Source: Desulfovibrionales bacterium (GTDB taxonomy: Bacteria > Desulfobacterota > Desulfovibrionia > Desulfovibrionales > Desulfovibrionaceae). Taken from it: a stretch of DNA of 64,000 nt. Positions 22,570 to 33,467 of this stretch are shown here, one piece after another. The position numbers and the translations under genes are program-made. Position 1 is the first letter of the stretch. Each line of letters opens with the position of its first letter. The stretch lies in the NCBI GenBank assembly GCA_038248065.1, contig JBBRUD010000001.1, positions 22,594 to 86,593 of the forward strand, read 5' to 3'. Under the pieces are notes generated by a model. That model worked only from the letters and a program-made list of their open reading frames with translations, ran no database searches and was not told where the DNA came from.

Positions 22570-22805
22570 TGGCTAAGTGCGCGTGCAAACCCGATGAGGC
22601 CTGCGATGTTTGGGAGATGCTGATCAAGAAGCAATTTCCTTACATAATTCTTACAATGGAAGGCGAGTTGATCATTCCCAGGGACAAGGTTGACGACTTC
22701 GTGCAGCGCTATTCCGAGATGAGCGATACCGAGGATCATCTGCTGCATCTGCGCATGTACCGCAATAGTGGAGAGCGCAAATCGGTAACGGATTCTGATG
22801 ATTAG
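22566..22805 (+). CDS. Hypothetical 79-aa protein
   Basis: ORF overlapping both neighbours by 4 and 8 nt, which suggests translational coupling. No motif recognised. Confidence 0.45.
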   Translation: MMAKCACKPDEACDVWEMLIKKQFPYIILTMEGELIIPRDKVDDFVQRYSEMSDTEDHLLHLRMYRNSGERKSVTDSDD

Positions 22806-23175
22806 ACCGCTTCTGAGCGGCATAATGGCTGTCTGGTTCACCCTGGCCTTGATTGTGCCGGGTGTGGCCCTGAGTCAGCCACTCGACTGCGACCGTCCCC
22901 AGACGGACTCCCAGGCGATGGAATGCGCAAATTTGCGACTGCGGGCCGCCGAGCGGGAAATGGCTCCACTGGTGAGCGAATTGATGAAGAGCGACGATCA
23001 GGACTTCAAGGCCGCATTGGCCGCGGCGCAGGATGCCTGGATGCAATGGCGGGAGGCCGAGGGGAAGCTGGCGGAAACGGCCACTACTGACCGTACCCAG
23101 GCTCCGGCCGCCCGGTTGAAGGCGCAGGCTCAGATGACCGAAGACAGGGTGAAGGATTTGCGCTCAATGCAGTAG
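22798..23175 (+). CDS. Secreted DUF1311 (LprI-like) protein
   Basis: Signal peptide, then ..DSQAMECANLRLRAAEREM..AQDAWMQWREAE.., a helical DUF1311-like pattern. Confidence 0.55.
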   Translation: MIRPLLSGIMAVWFTLALIVPGVALSQPLDCDRPQTDSQAMECANLRLRAAEREMAPLVSELMKSDDQDFKAALAAAQDAWMQWREAEGKLAETATTDRTQAPAARLKAQAQMTEDRVKDLRSMQ

Positions 23176-23235
23176 TTCTTCCTTGTGCGGGATGGCGGCG
23201 GGGCAGGGGGGCGTTGCATACCCTTCCTGCCAGCT

Positions 23236-23365
23236 TATTACCAAACGTCAGGTTGAAAAAGCGCGTAAAATATACGGGATTCAAAAGGGGCATTGCCCCT
23301 TTTGCCGCCGGAGGCCTCATTACTTCTCCGCCCTTCCGCCTCTCCGCTCTCTCTGCCTCTAGCCC
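23236..23365. repeat. Composite GC-hairpin repeat, short type, truncated copy (B3) plus CT-rich tail
   Basis: ..CGCGTAAAATATACGGGATTCAAAAGGGGC-ATT-GCCCCTTTTGCCGCCGGAGGCCTC followed by TTCTCCGCCCTTCCGCCTCTCCGCTCTCTCTGCCTC. Confidence 0.8.
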
Positions 23366-24688
23366 CTAGCCCTTCTTCCAAACTCCACCCCAGAACCATT
23401 CCCTAAGCCCGGAGTCCGCGTTCACGGGGGCCAGGCGTTCCTGCTTCAGCCCTTGAGCTTCCAGGAATTCCCCCTGCCTCTCGTTTTCTTCAGGGTTGGC
23501 CGTGCAGGTCATGTACACGATCCTTCCGCCTGAGGGCAGGGCCTCCACGGCAGCTGTGAGCATGCGCCGTTGCATGCCGGCCAGCACGGTGAGGTCGTGC
23601 AGGTTGCGCTTCCATTTGGTGTCAGGCCTGCGGCTGATGACTCCCAGGCCGCTACAGGGCGCGTCTAAAAGAATGGTGGCGGGCCTAGCCTTCAAGGGCC
23701 AGTTGGCCGCATCGGCACGGAAGACAGGAATGGCGGGCAGGTCCAGGCGGAAAAGTTCGCGCCGGAGTCCGGCCAGGCGGCGCCGGTTGGGGTCCGAGGC
23801 CCAGAGCGCGGTATGTCCTTGCTCGAGAAGGGCAGTCGTCTTGCCTCCACGGCCACAGCAGGCGTCCCAGATGGGCCCGGTCCAGTCGCGGCTGCCCAGT
23901 TCGGCCAGCAGGGCGTGGACGCCGTAGGATTGCCGCGAGAGCTCCCCCTGGCTTTCCAGCAAGTTGGTGGCAGTCTGTTCAGGCGAGGCGTTGGCCTTGA
24001 AGGCCACGCAGGGATAGTCGGCAAAGGCCACGCCTTGCAGGCCGGCCAGACGGTCGAACAAGGGCACCGCGCCGGGCCGCAGCTGGTTCACACGCAGGCC
24101 GTGCAGAGGGGCCGAAGCCTGCTGGACAAGCATTTTGGAGGCGGTCTCGGGGCCGTAACTCTCGCGCCATAAGCGCACTATCCACTCGGGACAGGCATGC
24201 CAGCGAGAGAGAAATATCTCCTCAGAGCAGTTGTCCTGGCGGTAGAAATCCGGGACGCGGGGGGCGTCTCGCAGGTCGATGCAGCGGCGCAGCACGGCGT
24301 TCACCAGCCCGGCCATGCGTTCGCCCATGGGATTTTTTACCGCGTCTACGGCCCAGGTCAGGGTCGCATGGTGGGGCACGGAATCCAGGAACAGCAGCTC
24401 GTAGATGGACAGGCAGAGCACACGGCGGATGAAAGGGGCGGTACGCGCCCGTTTGTCCATGAGGTGGTCGGCTACGAAGGTGAGGCGCGAGCGGAAGCGG
24501 CAGTAGCCGTAGACAAGCTCGGCGGCAAGGCGCTTGTCCCTAGGGTCGGGACACTGGGTGGACAGGACGCTGTCGAGGGCGGCTTGCACGTCGGTGCCTT
24601 GCCGCCCGGAGAGGGGAAGAGTGATTTCCAGGGCCTGGAGGGCAGCCTGGCGGGCAGCTGGCAGCATGGTGGGCGGACGCTTGATCAT
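23366..24688 (-). CDS. rsmB: 16S rRNA (cytosine967-C5)-methyltransferase RsmB/Sun
   Basis: NusB-like N-domain plus a SAM MTase core (DACCGRGGKT, LLDAPCSGLGV, VYMTCT). Confidence 0.92.
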   Translation of the reverse strand: MIKRPPTMLPAARQAALQALEITLPLSGRQGTDVQAALDSVLSTQCPDPRDKRLAAELVYGYCRFRSRLTFVADHLMDKRARTAPFIRRVLCLSIYELLFLDSVPHHATLTWAVDAVKNPMGERMAGLVNAVLRRCIDLRDAPRVPDFYRQDNCSEEIFLSRWHACPEWIVRLWRESYGPETASKMLVQQASAPLHGLRVNQLRPGAVPLFDRLAGLQGVAFADYPCVAFKANASPEQTATNLLESQGELSRQSYGVHALLAELGSRDWTGPIWDACCGRGGKTTALLEQGHTALWASDPNRRRLAGLRRELFRLDLPAIPVFRADAANWPLKARPATILLDAPCSGLGVISRRPDTKWKRNLHDLTVLAGMQRRMLTAAVEALPSGGRIVYMTCTANPEENERQGEFLEAQGLKQERLAPVNADSGLREWFWGGVWKKG

Positions 24689-25536
24689 TTGGCTCCGGTG
24701 CGGATAGGCCGCAGCGTGGGGATAACTCCCTTAGGCTGGGCGCTCAGATTGAGAAAATGGCACAAGGCGTGCTCCATTTGATCCAAGGGGACCAGTGTAT
24801 CCAGGCAGGGGCCGAGGGGGCGTTGGTTCAGCACACCGAACACCGGTACGGGGTAGGTGTCCTGAATGCCACTGGCCAGGTCGCGCTCGCAAGCCACGGC
24901 CAAAATGAGCTTGGGTCGCTTCTGCACCACGATGCGCCGTGCGATGGTACCGCCGGTGGCTATGGCCATGTGCACCCCGTAAGCCTCAGAGAGGGCCAGC
25001 AAGCCGTTTACAGGGCACTGGCCGCAACGTTTGCAGTTTTGGATGTCGTAGGTCAGCCGCTGGGCGCAGGCGCTGGCTTGGAGGCAGTGGGGCAGCAGCA
25101 GCAGTATATCCTTTGGCTGGTACTCTTTGGCCTCGCCCAGCACCAGCTGGTTATTGACCTTGATGAAGGAGTTGCGCACCCGTTCTTTGGAGATGCCAAG
25201 CAGTCGGGCGAAGAGGATCATGAGGGGCAGAAAAAGTTTGATGCTCACCCCGCGCATCTTGCGGGCCATGGGCAGTGAGCGCCCGGCAACGATGGAAAGC
25301 ACCAGCCCGAGAGAAGCCCAAAGCACCACCAGGATGTAGACGGCCATAATTGCGCCCCAGACAGCGGAGGCGTGGGCATGGATGTTGTCCAGCCCGATGC
25401 TGGGGACGATCCACAGCAGGGCCAGCAGGGTGCAGACGATTCCGGCTGTTCCGGCTATGAGACCGATGAACAGCCGTTTGCGTGAAGACTCAACAATTTC
25501 CATAGACACAAAGGACCTCAAGTACGTGTGGCGCAA
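24685..25536 (-). CDS. DUF116 membrane protein
   Basis: N-terminal TM helices and a Cys-rich C-domain (LLPHCLQ..C..CKRCGQCPV). Sits between fmt and rsmB. Confidence 0.7.
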   Translation of the reverse strand: MRHTYLRSFVSMEIVESSRKRLFIGLIAGTAGIVCTLLALLWIVPSIGLDNIHAHASAVWGAIMAVYILVVLWASLGLVLSIVAGRSLPMARKMRGVSIKLFLPLMILFARLLGISKERVRNSFIKVNNQLVLGEAKEYQPKDILLLLPHCLQASACAQRLTYDIQNCKRCGQCPVNGLLALSEAYGVHMAIATGGTIARRIVVQKRPKLILAVACERDLASGIQDTYPVPVFGVLNQRPLGPCLDTLVPLDQMEHALCHFLNLSAQPKGVIPTLRPIRTGAK

Positions 25537-25557
25537 CCTGCAAGAAGGTCGGAAAAA

Positions 25558-26568
25558 TCAACCACCCAGAAAATCAGCGGGCGGTTGGCAGACCAGGGGC
25601 GCATGGGGATTGAGTTTGCTCAGATAGCCGCAATAAAACGACTTGGCATCCATGGCTTTCTTGCCGGAAGGTTGTACCGAAGAAAGTAAATAGGTGTTAT
25701 CGGCACAAGCAATGGAAAGGCGACCTTCAGAAAGCCCCAGGACGCATCCTGGAGGGGTATCTTGAGGTTTGGGCTGTCCAACGGCACCCGGTTGCGCCAG
25801 CAGGCGAATAGGGGCATTTGCGCCGGTATCGAGGGCAAGGAACGCTCCGGGCTTGGGTGACATGGCCCGAATGCGGTCATGGACCTCGTGGGCAGGCATA
25901 TCCCAGCGAATAAGAGCGTCGTCCTTAGAAATTTTTGGGGCGTAGGTTGCCAGGTTGTTGTCCTGAATGGTTCCTGAAAGCAGCCCATCCTGTAATTGCG
26001 GCAAAGCCGCAACAAGGAGCTGCCCGCCAAGAGCGGCCAGCCGGTCGTGCAACTGTCCGGCGGTTTCGTCAGGCCCGATGGGTATGGCCTCGCGAAGAAG
26101 CATGGGGCCGGTGTCGAGACCGGCTTCCATGCGCATGATGGTGATGCCGGTTTCCGTCTCGCCGTTCATGATGGCCCACTGTATGGGGGCAGCGCCGCGG
26201 TACTTGGGCAGCAGCGAGGCATGGACGTTCAAGGGTCCAAGTGTAGGGATGTCCAACACCCGCTGGGGCAGGATAAGGCCGTACGCGGCAACAAGGAGCA
26301 CATCCGGTGCGAAAGCCGCGAGCTGGGCGACATCGGCGTCTTCCTTGAAGTTGACCGGCTGGAGTATGGGCAGGCCTTGCTCCAAGGCCAGGCGTTTCAC
26401 GGCAGAGGGCAGGCACTTGTGCCCGCGTCCGCAAGGGCGGTCGGGCTGCGTGTAGACGGCGCGCACATCGGCCACGCCCGATCGCAGCACGGCTTCAAGC
26501 ACCGTGGCGGCGAAATCGGGCGTGCCCATGAACACGGCGTTCAGCCGCTTTTTTTGGCCTTCATCCAT
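25558..26568 (-). CDS. fmt: Methionyl-tRNA formyltransferase
   Basis: FMGTPDFAATVLEAV, QPDRPCGRG, NVHASLLPKYRGAAPIQWAI. Confidence 0.95.
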   Translation of the reverse strand: MDEGQKKRLNAVFMGTPDFAATVLEAVLRSGVADVRAVYTQPDRPCGRGHKCLPSAVKRLALEQGLPILQPVNFKEDADVAQLAAFAPDVLLVAAYGLILPQRVLDIPTLGPLNVHASLLPKYRGAAPIQWAIMNGETETGITIMRMEAGLDTGPMLLREAIPIGPDETAGQLHDRLAALGGQLLVAALPQLQDGLLSGTIQDNNLATYAPKISKDDALIRWDMPAHEVHDRIRAMSPKPGAFLALDTGANAPIRLLAQPGAVGQPKPQDTPPGCVLGLSEGRLSIACADNTYLLSSVQPSGKKAMDAKSFYCGYLSKLNPHAPLVCQPPADFLGG

Positions 26569-27053
26569 TTTTTGACCTTAGAATCGTACAGGGCGCGTTT
26601 AAGACGGCTCACACGGTCGATGAAAAGTTTGCCGTCCAGATGGTCGATCTCGTGTTGCAAACAGACAGCCAAAAGTCCTTCGGCAGGGATTTCCACATCC
26701 TTGCCTTCAAGATTCTTGGCCTTGACCAGAACTTTCTCGGATCTGGTCACATTGCTGCGGAAGTTCACCACCGAAAGGCAGCCCTCCTCGTCGGTGATCG
26801 AGCCCTCTTGAGAGACAATGACCGGGTTGACCAAGTACATGAGGTCAGTGCGCTCGTCTGGGCCTGAGATGTCCACGGCGATCAGGCGGCAGCATTCGCC
26901 CACCTGGTTGGCAGCCAAACCCACGCCGCGCTTGGCGTACATGAGTTCAGCCATCTCTTCAGCCAACACCCTGATTTCAGCGGTGATTTCAGAAATCTCA
27001 TCGGAAACCCGGCTCAGGGCGGGATGAGGGTATTTAAGAATTTCTCGTGCCAT
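26541..27053 (-). CDS. def: Peptide deformylase
   Basis: GVGLAANQVG, EGCLS, QHEIDHLDG metal-binding motifs. Confidence 0.95.
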   Translation of the reverse strand: MAREILKYPHPALSRVSDEISEITAEIRVLAEEMAELMYAKRGVGLAANQVGECCRLIAVDISGPDERTDLMYLVNPVIVSQEGSITDEEGCLSVVNFRSNVTRSEKVLVKAKNLEGKDVEIPAEGLLAVCLQHEIDHLDGKLFIDRVSRLKRALYDSKVKKWMKAKKSG

Positions 27054-27056
27054 GGC

Positions 27057-28886
<1,830 letters not shown>

Positions 28887-28911
28887 GGGGTGCTGTCTCC
28901 GAAATATCGTA

Positions 28912-30168
28912 TTATTGGTTGTCGCTGTTGCGTAAAAAAGTTGCCAATCCAGACCGGACAACGGTTTCCTGGGTTCCCAGCCCGAGGTTTTTCACCACCA
29001 CGGTGCCGGAAGCCAGCTCGGATTCGCCCAGTATCAAGCAATACCGGGGTTTCAGGCGGTCTGCCAGGCGCATCTGGCTTTTAGCGCTGCGGGCGGTCAG
29101 GGCGCATTCGCCGCCAAGCCCGGCGGCGCGCAGTTCCTGGGCGAGCAGCAGGCCAGCCGGAAGGGCTTCGGCTCCCAGGGCCACCAGGTGGAAATCGGGC
29201 CGGACAGGTTCGGGTTCGCCCAGCAGCAGGGCCAGGCGTTCCATGCCGCAGGCAAAGCCAACGCCGGGGAGGTCCGGCCCGCCCAGGCTGCTGATGAGGC
29301 CGTCGTAGCGTCCGCCGCCGGCCACGGAGGATTGCGCGCCGATCTTGCCGGAAGTTACCTCGAAGGTGGTGCGCACGTAGTAATCCAGGCCGCGCACCAG
29401 CCGGGGGGCCAGCACGTAAGGCATTTTCCGGGCATCAAGTGCGGCCAGCACGGCCTGAAAGTGTTCGCGGCAGGCCGGGCACTGGTAGTCGGCGATGAGG
29501 GGCGCGGTTTTGGTGAGCTCCTTGCACGCGGGCACTTTGCAGTCGAGCACGCGCAAGGGGTTGGTCAGCTTGCGGCGCAGACAGTCATCGCACAGGGTGC
29601 CGGTGTCGAAACCCCGAAAGTACTCATGCAGGGCTTCATGGTAGCTTGGGCGGCAGTCGGGGCAGCCCAGGGAGTTGACCTCGATATTGAGGTCCGGGAT
29701 GCCCAGCTCTTGAAGAAAATGGGCCAGCATGAACAAAATTTCCGCATCCAGCAGAGGGGAGGGCGAGCCAACGGCCTCCACATTGATCTGGTGGAACTGG
29801 CGCATGCGGCCTTTCTGGGGCCTTTCGTAACGGAACATGGGCCCGGCTGTGTAGAGTTTGGTCAGCTCTTCCTGGGCTTGCAGGTTGTTCTCGATGTAGG
29901 CCCGCATGACCCCGGCTGTTGCCTCGGGACGCATGGTCAGGGAGCGGCCTTTGCGGTCCGGGAAGGTGTACATCTCTTTCTGCACCACGTCGGTCTCTTC
30001 GCCGATGGAGCGGCAGAAGAGTTCCGTGCGCTCCAGGATGGGCAGGCGCACCTCACGGTAGCCGTAAAGGGCGAAAATCCCCTTAGCCGTGCGCTCCATG
30101 TGGTCGTACACCTGGGACAAAGGCGGTAGAATGTCGGCGAAGCCTTTGATTTTCTGTATTTTTTCCAT
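28912..30168 (-). CDS. hisS: Histidyl-tRNA synthetase
   Basis: KGFADILPP, LRPEATAGV, FRYERPQKGRMRQFHQ, GGGRYDGL. Start trimmed to the ATG at 30168. Confidence 0.97.
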   Translation of the reverse strand: MEKIQKIKGFADILPPLSQVYDHMERTAKGIFALYGYREVRLPILERTELFCRSIGEETDVVQKEMYTFPDRKGRSLTMRPEATAGVMRAYIENNLQAQEELTKLYTAGPMFRYERPQKGRMRQFHQINVEAVGSPSPLLDAEILFMLAHFLQELGIPDLNIEVNSLGCPDCRPSYHEALHEYFRGFDTGTLCDDCLRRKLTNPLRVLDCKVPACKELTKTAPLIADYQCPACREHFQAVLAALDARKMPYVLAPRLVRGLDYYVRTTFEVTSGKIGAQSSVAGGGRYDGLISSLGGPDLPGVGFACGMERLALLLGEPEPVRPDFHLVALGAEALPAGLLLAQELRAAGLGGECALTARSAKSQMRLADRLKPRYCLILGESELASGTVVVKNLGLGTQETVVRSGLATFLRNSDNQ

Positions 30169-30231
30169 AAGTATATCCTGGGCGGATACCGCCCTGCAAA
30201 AGGGTGCTGTTAGTACCAAGCAGCCCTGATG

Positions 30232-30960
30232 TCAAAAGGACTTTGTAGGCTGGGCATTGGCGGTCCAGCCCGGCAGGGGCGTGAGCAGCGCTTCGGCGTC
30301 AAGATCGACGCTCAGGACGCAGAAGGCCCCGACTGGAATGGGCAAAATGAGTCTGCCCATCCCCCACAACGGAAAGCCTTCCCGCCAGGAGCAGGGCGGA
30401 CCTGCCAGGACGCTGGCCTCGCGTACCGGTGCGTCACAGGCGACGCTTCGCACCAGCGAGCGCATGCCCCACGGGGTGAACCAGCGGGCCTTGCCGAGCA
30501 GTTTGTGCTTGTGCGCCTCCAGCCGGTAGAGGGATATGCCATTGAGATAGCCCACCAGCAAGGCGTGCTTGGCGACCCTGGCCGCCTCGGCCAGTACGGC
30601 CTGAGGCTGGGAAACGAATTCCAGCACGTTGAGCAGGGCTACGTAATCGAATTCATTATCATCGTAGGGCAGATTTACGGCGTCGCCCAGGTGGAGTTCG
30701 GCCCGGTTGGCCAGGCGCTCGCGGCTGGCCGCCAGCATTACCGGCGCATTGTCAAAGCCGGTGACGTCGAAACCTGCGGTATGGAAGAACTCCAGAAAGA
30801 CGCCCGGCCCACAGCCCACGTCCAGCAAGGTCCGCCCACGGCGGGGCCAGCCCGCAGTCAGCCGCTCCAGCAAATGGCACTCCTGGGTCAGAGCGTAAGA
30901 CCCTGCCCGGCTGGCGCGCCAGCGTTCAAAGCGGGTGAGGTCGTCTCTGTCCCAGATCAT
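30232..30960 (-). CDS. Class I SAM-dependent methyltransferase (type 11)
   Basis: LLDVGCGPGVF motif I. Start trimmed to the ATG at 30960, because the track extension translates the adjacent repeat. Confidence 0.8.
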   Translation of the reverse strand: MIWDRDDLTRFERWRASRAGSYALTQECHLLERLTAGWPRRGRTLLDVGCGPGVFLEFFHTAGFDVTGFDNAPVMLAASRERLANRAELHLGDAVNLPYDDNEFDYVALLNVLEFVSQPQAVLAEAARVAKHALLVGYLNGISLYRLEAHKHKLLGKARWFTPWGMRSLVRSVACDAPVREASVLAGPPCSWREGFPLWGMGRLILPIPVGAFCVLSVDLDAEALLTPLPGWTANAQPTKSF

Positions 30961-30965
30961 GTGGT

Positions 30966-31152
30966 GTGCCTCCGGCGGCCAGAGGGGGCGCTGCCCCCTC
31001 TGGACACCCCTGCCGGGGGGCCATTTGCCCCCCGGACCCCCCATTGAGCTTCGCGTCGCCAGTCGTATACAAGTGTCGTCGTGCAAAATAATGGGGGGGT
31101 CTGGGGGTGCCCTGCACCCCCAGCGGGGTCCAGGGGCAGCGCCCCTGGCTCC
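30966..31152. repeat. Composite GC-hairpin repeat, long type (copy A2)
   Basis: GCCTCCGGCGGCC + CAGAGGGGGC-GCT-GCCCCCTCTG + CCGGGGGGCC-ATTT-GCCCCCCGG + ..TGCAAAATAATGGGGGGG.. + GGGGGTGCC-CT-GCACCCCC + CCAGGGGC-AGC-GCCCCTGG. Confidence 0.85.
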
Positions 31153-31164
31153 TGTTGCGCTAGC

Positions 31165-32856
31165 CTAGCCTTTCTTCTCCTGCCGGGCCCAGGAATCCCT
31201 GAGGCCGACGCTGCGGTTGAAAACCAGCTTGCCGGGCGCATGGTCGCGGCGGTCGGCGCAGAAGTAGCCCAGCCGCTCGAACTGTACCACTGTCTCTGGC
31301 GCAAGGGTAGCAAGGCTTGGTTCCACCGGGCAGGCGGGCAGCGTCTCCAGAGCGGCGGGGTTGATGTAGTCCTTGAAATCCTTGCCTTCTTCGGCGTCCA
31401 TGGGATCGGCTTTGGTAAACAGCCGGTCGTACAGGCGAATTTCAGCTGTGGCCGCGTGCTTGGCGGATACCCAGTGCAGGGTGCCCTTGATCTTGCGGCC
31501 GTCCTGGGACCAGCCGCCTTTGGTGGCCGGGTCGTACTCGCAGATGATCTCGGTCACCGCTCCGGTGGCCGGGTCTTTCACCACGTCCACGCAGGTGATG
31601 TAATAGGCATGGCGCAGGCGCACTTCCTTGCCCGGAGACAGTCGATGGTAGCCCTTGGGCGGAACCTCCCGGAAGTCGTCCTGTTCGATCCACAGCTCGT
31701 GGCTGAAGGGGATGGAACGCGTGCCCTGTTCGGGCTTTTCCGGGTGGTTGGGGCACTCGAAGATCTCTTCCTGATTCTCCGGGTAGTTGCGAATGACCAC
31801 CTTGATGGGGCGCAGCACCGCGAAGGCTCTTGGCGCGCTGTCGTTTAAGGTTTCGCGCAGACAGGCTTCGAGCATCTCGATTTCCACGGTGTTGGCGGCA
31901 CGCGAGACGCCGATGCGCTCGGCGAACAGGCGCAGGGACTCGGGGGTGAATCCGCGGCGGCGCAGCCCCTGGAGGGTGGGCATGCGCGGGTCGTCCCAGC
32001 AGGAGACATGGCCTTCGGTGACCAGTTGGATGAGGCGGCGCTTGCTCATGACCATATAAGTGATGTTCAGGCGGGCGAACTCGTACTGCCGGGGGCGGGA
32101 GGGCACGGGCAGGGTGTCCAGCACCCAATCGTAGAGTTCCCGGTTGTTCTCGAATTCCAGGGTGCAGATGGAGTGGGTGATGTGCTCCATGGAATCCGAG
32201 AGGCAGTGGGTGAAATCGTACATGGGATAGATGCACCAGGTGTCGCCGGTGCGATGGTGATGGGCATGGCGGATGCGGTAGATGGTGGGATCGCGCATGA
32301 CCATATTGGGAGAGGCCATGTCGATCTTGGCCCGCAACACCCGCGTGCCGTCGGGGAACTCGCCCGCCCGCATGCGCCGGAAGAGATCCATGTTTTCGTC
32401 AACAGTGCGGCTACGGAAGGGGCTGTCCGTGCCGGGGGTGGTCAGTGTGCCTCTGTTGGCGCGGATCTCGTCGGCGGTCTGGTCGTCCACGTAAGCCTTG
32501 CCCATTTCGATAAGCTTTTCGGCGAATCCGTAGAGCTTCTCAAAGTAGTCCGAGGCGAAATAGAGCCGGTCATCCCAGGAGAAGCCCAGCCAGCGGACGT
32601 CTTCCTGGATGGAATCGACGTACTCCTGCTCTTCCTTGGTGGGGTTGGTGTCGTCGAAGCGCAGGTTGCAGGTGCCTTTGAATTCGTTGGCAATGCCGAA
32701 ATTCAGACAGATGGACTTGGCATGGCCGATATGCAGGTAGCCGTTGGGCTCCGGGGGGAACCGGGTGGCCGGTGCGGCATGCTTGCCGGTGCGGATGTCC
32801 TCGGCGACGATGGTGCGGATGAAATCCAGGCGGGGGGCGTCGGCTGTATCGCTCAT
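31165..32856 (-). CDS. glnS: Glutaminyl-tRNA synthetase
   Basis: [17 protein letters not shown] (HIGH), VMSKR (KMSKS-like), long GlnRS-type C-terminal anticodon-binding domain. Start trimmed to the ATG at 32856. Confidence 0.95.
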   Translation of the reverse strand: MSDTADAPRLDFIRTIVAEDIRTGKHAAPATRFPPEPNGYLHIGHAKSICLNFGIANEFKGTCNLRFDDTNPTKEEQEYVDSIQEDVRWLGFSWDDRLYFASDYFEKLYGFAEKLIEMGKAYVDDQTADEIRANRGTLTTPGTDSPFRSRTVDENMDLFRRMRAGEFPDGTRVLRAKIDMASPNMVMRDPTIYRIRHAHHHRTGDTWCIYPMYDFTHCLSDSMEHITHSICTLEFENNRELYDWVLDTLPVPSRPRQYEFARLNITYMVMSKRRLIQLVTEGHVSCWDDPRMPTLQGLRRRGFTPESLRLFAERIGVSRAANTVEIEMLEACLRETLNDSAPRAFAVLRPIKVVIRNYPENQEEIFECPNHPEKPEQGTRSIPFSHELWIEQDDFREVPPKGYHRLSPGKEVRLRHAYYITCVDVVKDPATGAVTEIICEYDPATKGGWSQDGRKIKGTLHWVSAKHAATAEIRLYDRLFTKADPMDAEEGKDFKDYINPAALETLPACPVEPSLATLAPETVVQFERLGYFCADRRDHAPGKLVFNRSVGLRDSWARQEKKG

Positions 32857-32976
32857 GGTGCGTCCTTTACTGCGGGTGGATGGCGGCAGGTGCGGCAGGG
32901 CCATGCGCACGGCGTCGCTCATGGCAGAGATAGGGAAAAACACACGGCGGGTCAACGCGGAGGGTTAGGAAGGGGT

Positions 32977-33126
32977 GCCTCCGGCGGCCGGGGGGACAAT
33001 CTCCCCCCGGACCCCCCATATAGCTTTGCGTCGCCAACAGCTACGAGTGTCGCCGCGCAAAATATTGGGGGGGGACTGGGGGTGCCCAGCACCCCCAGCG
33101 GGGTCAAGGGGCGGAGCCCCTTGCTC
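32977..33126. repeat. Composite GC-hairpin repeat, long type (copy A3)
   Basis: Same module order and orientation as 30966-31152. It is the reverse complement of 171-328. Confidence 0.85.
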
Positions 33127-33336
33127 TTAATTTTCAGCGTAGGGCAAGGCGTCGGTGCCGTGTTCTTCGTAGACGGCCTTTTGGGCTTGTTTGAAGTCGT
33201 CGACGGTGAAATCGTACCCGTTTTCACGCAGGAAAGCCCAGTTTGCAGCGGGGTCCACCGCCTCATTCACGGTTTTTCTGAAGACGGCATCGTCGCGCAT
33301 TCGCTGCATATAGGCCGTGGCGCTTTCAATTGACAT
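33127..33336 (-). CDS. Nif11-domain small protein (69 aa)
   Basis: MSIESATAYMQRMRDDAVFRKTVNEAVDPAANWAFLRENGYDFTVDDFKQAQ matches the Nif11 N-terminal domain pattern. AGGAGG RBS before the ATG at 33336. Confidence 0.65.
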   Translation of the reverse strand: MSIESATAYMQRMRDDAVFRKTVNEAVDPAANWAFLRENGYDFTVDDFKQAQKAVYEEHGTDALPYAEN

Positions 33337-33467
33337 GGTGTTTTCCTCCTGGCTGTGTGCGTCCTTAAGATAGACATTTTCGTGAAATTGGCAAGAAGAG
33401 GAGGGCAGCCGCAGGCTAAGGCATCGAAAAACTTGATCGAAGATCGGCAATCGGATAGAATTTATCT

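Noticed and set aside
30961-31086. 5' extensions of several track ORFs (30232-31086, 31165-32955, 34432-35163, 28912-30219, 27057-28961, 362-1726)
   Set aside because: The extensions run into repeats or neighbouring genes. Internal ATGs with an RBS and family-typical N-termini give better starts.
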